Virus record (IMG/VR): IMGVR_UViG_3300044849_000020
Span: 1 to 40,338 of that record
Origin: a virus
Lineage: Duplodnaviria; Caudoviricetes
Length of the DNA stretch: 40,338 nucleotides
Reading direction: 5' to 3' (one strand)
The notes beneath the pieces are model-generated. The model made no database searches. It was not told where the DNA came from and worked only from the letters and a program-made list of their open reading frames with translations. Numbering within the stretch: position 1 is the stretch's first letter; each line of letters opens with the position of its first letter. The translations under genes were made by a program, and so were the position numbers. Of the stretch, positions 35,775-40,338 are shown piece after piece.

Positions 35775-36526
35775 CACGACTGCCCCACATACAGTGAGGT
35801 CAGCTTCTCGCGCAGCATGGTCATGCCGCCCGAACAACGCTGTACCGGCGTTCCCGTGGCCCGGATCACCTCCTCGACCGCGTGGCTTATTTTCGACGTG
35901 AAGGTGAAGGCATGGTCCACTTTCGACATCGACTTCAGCTTCTGCAGGCTCCCTTCGGAGTCGAAGAACCGCAGATCGAACACTTCGGAGAACTCGCTGC
36001 TGATAAGCCCGGCCTGCATCGGCAGCAGCCCCGCTATCAGCACTGTGGGCTTCCTCGGGGATGCCTTGGCTTGCTGCGCCGGGTGGATGCTCGGGGCCAC
36101 GACTTCGTTTGCCCATTTCTCCACCAGCCCGTTCGAGAACGAAGCCAGCTGCTCTTCAATCTCGGCGCGCATGGCCTCGATCATCAGCGTGGCGATGCGC
36201 CGGCCAATGAGCCGGGCCATTCCGTCCAGCCCGTCCATCCCCGCGAGCGCCGGTGCGGCAAAAGGCAGCGTCACCGCAGTCCGCGGGGGCGTGGGTTGCT
36301 CTTCTGCCATGCCAAGAGGGCCATATGTGAACCGCCCGCCGGTCTTCGACGCCACGCGGCAGATTTTGCCTTGGGCATGGGCCGCCGACAGAACCGTGGA
36401 CAGCTTCCGGCCGTCTTCTATCCACGACAGCTTCTGCGTCTCGGGGTACTTCATCAGTTCCGCTGCGCTCACCATCCGGTTCGCCTGCCGCACTAGGGCT
36501 GCTACCTGTTCAACTTGCGATGCCAT
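35774..36526 (-). CDS. hypothetical protein, wHTH-like N-terminus and DUF2325-like C-terminus
   Basis: RBS AAGGAAG; VLIAGL...D..F.FTS.ISH...G.PV....GG flavodoxin-like pattern. Confidence 0.65.
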   Translation of the reverse strand: MASQVEQVAALVRQANRMVSAAELMKYPETQKLSWIEDGRKLSTVLSAAHAQGKICRVASKTGGRFTYGPLGMAEEQPTPPRTAVTLPFAAPALAGMDGLDGMARLIGRRIATLMIEAMRAEIEEQLASFSNGLVEKWANEVVAPSIHPAQQAKASPRKPTVLIAGLLPMQAGLISSEFSEVFDLRFFDSEGSLQKLKSMSKVDHAFTFTSKISHAVEEVIRATGTPVQRCSGGMTMLREKLTSLYVGQS

Positions 36527-36576
36527 GTTGCTTCCTTTCAGAAATAACCGGGGTAGCCCCCCGGCGGGCGTTCACG

Positions 36577-37401
36577 TCAAAGGTGGGTCTTCAGGGCATC
36601 AGCCAGCACGAACAGCGCCTTGTTCAGCTTCTGGTCCGCGCTGATGTCCGTGATGGCCCGGGTGCGCAAGCGGCGCCCGGACTGTCCGGTTCCCCGCACG
36701 CCGCCCTTCTGCAGATTCTCCTGCACCACGTTGAGCGTGGTCCACATATCGGGGCGGGGCAGGTTTTGCCGGCCCTGCTGGGCATCGAGCCAACGGCGGG
36801 GGCGCAACAGCACCTCGGGCCTGACGTCGATGGTGCTCTCGCGCAGTTCGAGCGCCGCGGTCGCAAAGGCCACCTGCGCTTCCACAGGCAGCATGATGCC
36901 CCGGTACTCCTCGACCTTCTGCAGCACCTTGGACTGTTCATCCAGCACGGAGAACACGCCTTCGATAACGTCGCTCACGTCGCCGACGTGCTTGATGCGG
37001 AATCCGGCAGATTGCCCTTCGACCGGGACGGTCAGGCCGTTGGAGCAGACCAGCCGGTACAGCCCGGCGTCAACGGCGAAGGACGCCGCGCGGTCATGGC
37101 TGTTGGTCAGCAGCACCTGAAAGTAGGAGTCGCCGACCAGCCGCTCGGGGCTTTGCTCCAGCGCCGAACGCTGCACCAGCCGCAGTTCGTGGCGGGTGAA
37201 CTCGCGGCGATCAGCGGAGCGGGTGCGGGACTGGCGCACGGACACCGGGGCCAGCCCTTCTTCAAGGCAGCGGTCCAGAACGTCCCGCGTGCTGATGAAC
37301 GAGTAGCGTTCGGACACGCCGCCGTGAGGGCGCTCGGCAAAGACGCTGGGCGCAATTTCGGCGATGCGGCTGAGGGAGAGGGGTTGAATTTGTGCATACA
37401 T
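36577..37401 (-). CDS. DUF932 (DUF945/YubP-like) family protein
   Basis: APSVFA..PH..VS.RY.FI.T and LL.NSHD...SF...AG.YRLVC.NGL motifs. Confidence 0.88.
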   Translation of the reverse strand: MYAQIQPLSLSRIAEIAPSVFAERPHGGVSERYSFISTRDVLDRCLEEGLAPVSVRQSRTRSADRREFTRHELRLVQRSALEQSPERLVGDSYFQVLLTNSHDRAASFAVDAGLYRLVCSNGLTVPVEGQSAGFRIKHVGDVSDVIEGVFSVLDEQSKVLQKVEEYRGIMLPVEAQVAFATAALELRESTIDVRPEVLLRPRRWLDAQQGRQNLPRPDMWTTLNVVQENLQKGGVRGTGQSGRRLRTRAITDISADQKLNKALFVLADALKTHL

Positions 37402-37412
37402 GGTTGTGATCC

Positions 37413-37682
37413 TTAATGGGAAGTTTCGCGGCCGAGGTAGCTGAGGTTGAACCAGTGCCCGTGGTCAGTCAGCACGATGTAACCCATCACCCCTCCATAG
37501 CAGTAACGTCTCTCGTGCTCGGACCAGAAGAAAGTGTCCCGCAGCGGAAGGTGCTCAGGGGACGCAAGCCGGGCCAGCATGTTGTTGGCTAGGTTGCACT
37601 GCTCTTTTGCGAATTCCGGCGGCAGGCTTTCTTCCTTGTGGTTCGAGGGGTGGTCAAGTTCGATCCAGATGCGGTGGGTCAT
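37413..37682 (-). CDS. hypothetical protein, first gene of the leftward early operon
   Basis: RBS AGGAG before ATG 37682. Confidence 0.7.
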   Translation of the reverse strand: MTHRIWIELDHPSNHKEESLPPEFAKEQCNLANNMLARLASPEHLPLRDTFFWSEHERRYCYGGVMGYIVLTDHGHWFNLSYLGRETSH

Positions 37683-37737
37683 GGCATTGCTCCTAAATGG
37701 GATTTGGCTCGATGGGTGGCTCCCATCGATAAGGCGT

Positions 37738-37766
37738 ATCATGGCACAGAATGAAACTCTTGTCAA
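37738..37766 (-). promoter_or_regulatory. leftward early promoter
   Basis: TTGACA-17 bp-CATGAT with TGn extended -10. Confidence 0.75.
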
Positions 37767-37788
37767 GAACTATATTATGCAGTATGTT
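37760..37788 (+). promoter_or_regulatory. rightward promoter
   Basis: TTGTCA-17 bp-TATGTT in an AT-rich divergent gap. Confidence 0.55.
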
Positions 37789-37822
37789 GACACCTCCCCC
37801 TCGTAGCTATTGGAGAACGAAG

Positions 37823-38053
37823 ATGGAACTTGGTGAATTGGGGCGACTTCTGTCGCCTGATGAAGTGGCGGCGATGCTTGGTGTGCGGCCTGAAACCCTT
37901 AACGTTTGGCGGGCCCGCAAGCAGGGGCCTCCCTACACGAAGGTGAACAGCGTTACGGTCTATCCGGCGGCGTGGCTGGAGAAATACCTCGCCTCGCGGC
38001 GTGTGTGCCCGGAGGAAGGATGCAACGATCCCCTGCCGACGACGGAGGGCTGA
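37823..38053 (+). CDS. AlpA/excisionase-like HTH protein
   Basis: LLSPDEVAAMLGV...TL..WR....GP.Y.K; RBS GGAG. Confidence 0.85.
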   Translation: MELGELGRLLSPDEVAAMLGVRPETLNVWRARKQGPPYTKVNSVTVYPAAWLEKYLASRRVCPEEGCNDPLPTTEG

Positions 38054-38056
38054 GCC

Positions 38057-38326
38057 GTGCGCAACGAGTACACCGTCGTCCCGGCGGCCCCGGGCTTCAA
38101 CGTGCTGCACATCGGCAATGACTCCCGATACTTCGTGGACCCCGTGGTGGCGTGGGTAATCGACGATGCTTTTGTACATCCCGTCACGATCAGCGGGGTG
38201 CAAAGGATCAGTGACCCCGACGGGATTTTCATCCTGCGGCCTGACGGGACGGTGCAATGCGGGATGGCCGCTTTCGTGAGCACCCGCGCGGCCGTCGAAT
38301 TCTACTGTGGCGAAAAAGAGGGCTAG
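38057..38326 (+). CDS. hypothetical protein
   Basis: RBS GGAGG, GTG start; PVVAW.I motif. Confidence 0.7.
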   Translation: MRNEYTVVPAAPGFNVLHIGNDSRYFVDPVVAWVIDDAFVHPVTISGVQRISDPDGIFILRPDGTVQCGMAAFVSTRAAVEFYCGEKEG

Positions 38327-38329
38327 GCC

Positions 38330-40261
38330 ATGACGAACCAAGTGCAGACGAAGGCCCAGCGGGCCAAGGACCCTCATTACCGTGTCAACCCTGACGGCAT
38401 CCCGATGGACCTGAAGCTGCGCCCGCAGTGGGTTCTATGGCGACTCGAAAAAATACCCGGCAGGGCGAAACCCACCAAGGTTCCCTACGTCGCCACGGCC
38501 AAGTGGTTCGAGCGCAAGGCCAGCAGCACCGACCCCTCCACATGGCGCACTTTTGACGAGTGCCTGAAAATCGCGCAGGAGCAGCACCTCGGTATCGGGT
38601 ACATGATGTCAGGGCGCGAGGATTTCTATGCGGTGGACCTCGATGCCGGCCCCGACCTGTCGCCCGAGGCGCAATCCATCGCGGCGCTGTGCGAAAGCTA
38701 CACCGAGCGCAGCCCCAGTGGCGCCGGGCGGCGCATCTTTCTCAAAGGCCTGCTGCCCGAGGGGTTCACCGGGCGCAAGCTGGTGAAAGAGAGGATTGAG
38801 GTATACCGCACCCAACGCTACCTCACCGTGACCGGCGACCGCATCAACGGACACGACACCATCATCGAAGACCCCGCCACCACGAAACTTGTTCTCGACA
38901 TGCTGGGCCGGCGCAACACAGTGGATGTCAAGATTCCCTACGATGCAATCCGCACCGAGGGCGAGCCCCCCGCCGACTGGCGCGAGCGACTGCGCCCCGA
39001 GGTGCGGGCATACCTCGAAGGATTCGGCCCGCTCAACGGCGACCCCAGCAGCGACGATCAGATCGCAATCATGGACCTGCTGACCGTGTGGCCCGACGGC
39101 CCGTGGGTGTTCGACCTCTTCAATTCCAAGACGGTCCACCCCGCACGCGACAACCCCGAGAAGTATGACCGGCGCGACTACCTTCCGCGCACCATCGCCA
39201 AGGCGTGGGCCTACCTCACCGAAGGGTTCAACACGGAGGAGGCGGTCAACGCCGAGGAGCCAGTGACGGGCGAGCCTGTGAAGAAACGCATCTTCAACGC
39301 CCTCGAACTGTTCAACTCCGAGGAAGAAGCATCGGGCCCCGAGCGTGTCGCCGGTCTGCCGCTGGGCGTGGGCCTTTACCTGTTCGCCGGCCCGCCCAAG
39401 GTGGGCAAGTCGTGGGGCGTGCTGCAACTGGGGCTCGACTGCGCCGAAGGTCTGCCGTGGCTAGGCCAGTTCCCCACAGAGAAGTGCCGCGTCCTTTACT
39501 ACGCCTTGGAGGATGGACCCAAGCGGCTGCGCAAGCGCATGAAGGCCCTGAAGTGTACCCCCAGCGCCTTGCTGGAGTTCGCGGTGGATGTGGAAGGCGG
39601 GCTTATGGGCCTGAAGGATGATGTCATCCGCACCGGCTCCAAGGTGGTGATGATCGACACGGCGGCGTGGTTCCTAGGCAGCGGGGATGCACGCCGCAAT
39701 GAGTACCAGAACGACATGCTGCTCTACAAGCCGCTGAAGATGCTGGCCGATCAGCTCCAGATCACGATCATCGTCGTGACCCACACGCGCAAGCCCGGGC
39801 AGCGCGCCAACGGCAGCGACCCTTTCGACGAAATCATGGGCTCGCTGGGCAAGATGGGTGTGGCCGACGGGGCGCTGCTGCTGCGCAAGGTGCAGGGCGC
39901 GAAGGACAAGGTGGAACTGCTCACCCGCATCCGCGACTCGGAAGACGGCGACGGGGAGTTCATCCTCCAGCGCGAAGAAGGTAGCCCACGGTGGGAATAC
40001 GTCGGGACCACAGAAGCTGTGGGCAGCAGCGACCGCAAGGCGGAAATCCTGACCCTGCTGCGCGAATACCCGGGCAGTCGGCCCAGTGAGTTACTGCACC
40101 ACATCGACATCAGCGAGCGGCAACTTTACCGCCTGCTGCGTGACATGAAGCAGGATGGCAGTGTTGATGTCAGTCCAAAGCACACCTACCGAGTATCTGA
40201 TGTTCAACGCGTGACGCCTGCCGCGACTGACAGGACTGACGTCGAATATGACTGGGGATGA
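38330..40261 (+). CDS. primase-helicase (AEP prim-pol + AAA_25/RecA-like helicase + wHTH)
   Basis: QWV.W, K.PY, A....P.TW..F, DLD, E.SPSG.G, E.Y...RY.TVTG; Walker A GPPKVGKS, ALED, IDT, H.RK. Confidence 0.9.
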   Translation: MTNQVQTKAQRAKDPHYRVNPDGIPMDLKLRPQWVLWRLEKIPGRAKPTKVPYVATAKWFERKASSTDPSTWRTFDECLKIAQEQHLGIGYMMSGREDFYAVDLDAGPDLSPEAQSIAALCESYTERSPSGAGRRIFLKGLLPEGFTGRKLVKERIEVYRTQRYLTVTGDRINGHDTIIEDPATTKLVLDMLGRRNTVDVKIPYDAIRTEGEPPADWRERLRPEVRAYLEGFGPLNGDPSSDDQIAIMDLLTVWPDGPWVFDLFNSKTVHPARDNPEKYDRRDYLPRTIAKAWAYLTEGFNTEEAVNAEEPVTGEPVKKRIFNALELFNSEEEASGPERVAGLPLGVGLYLFAGPPKVGKSWGVLQLGLDCAEGLPWLGQFPTEKCRVLYYALEDGPKRLRKRMKALKCTPSALLEFAVDVEGGLMGLKDDVIRTGSKVVMIDTAAWFLGSGDARRNEYQNDMLLYKPLKMLADQLQITIIVVTHTRKPGQRANGSDPFDEIMGSLGKMGVADGALLLRKVQGAKDKVELLTRIRDSEDGDGEFILQREEGSPRWEYVGTTEAVGSSDRKAEILTLLREYPGSRPSELLHHIDISERQLYRLLRDMKQDGSVDVSPKHTYRVSDVQRVTPAATDRTDVEYDWG

Positions 40262-40338
40262 CTGATTTGGGGGGTAAAAGCCGAGTATATGACGAGTCTG
40301 GCTAGGGGGGTGTATGTCAGCAGGGCACAGTGCAGTCA

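Noticed and set aside
37787-37815. Perfect TTGACA as a second rightward promoter
   Set aside because: No acceptable -10 at 16-18 bp spacing
37823-38053. Excisionase implying an integration module
   Set aside because: No integrase or attP recognised; the HTH family is also regulatory

Overview
The window is an essentially complete ~40 kb GC-rich podovirus-type phage genome. Late module (+ strand, 340-29604): terS/terL, P22-like portal, scaffold, N4-gp56-type capsid, decoration protein, a glycosyltransferase/methyltransferase cluster inserted between head and tail genes, tail genes, ejection proteins including a 2207-aa polyvalent protein, and lysis genes. Early/replication module (- strand, 37682-29609): DUF932, DUF2800 nuclease, DUF2815 SSB, family A DNA polymerase and RuvC. 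A short rightward unit encodes an HTH protein and a primase-helicase. No integrase, clear repressor, tRNA or CRISPR was found. The main discovery is an integron-type cassette array between the SSB and polymerase genes (32167-33047). It has two intact 87-bp canonical attC sites, one collapsed attC inside a fused gene and half-sites at both borders, but no integrase. Its genes are transcribed opposite to the normal cassette orientation, with translation relayed across the attC hairpin. All product calls come from motif recognition by eye; no database searches were run.
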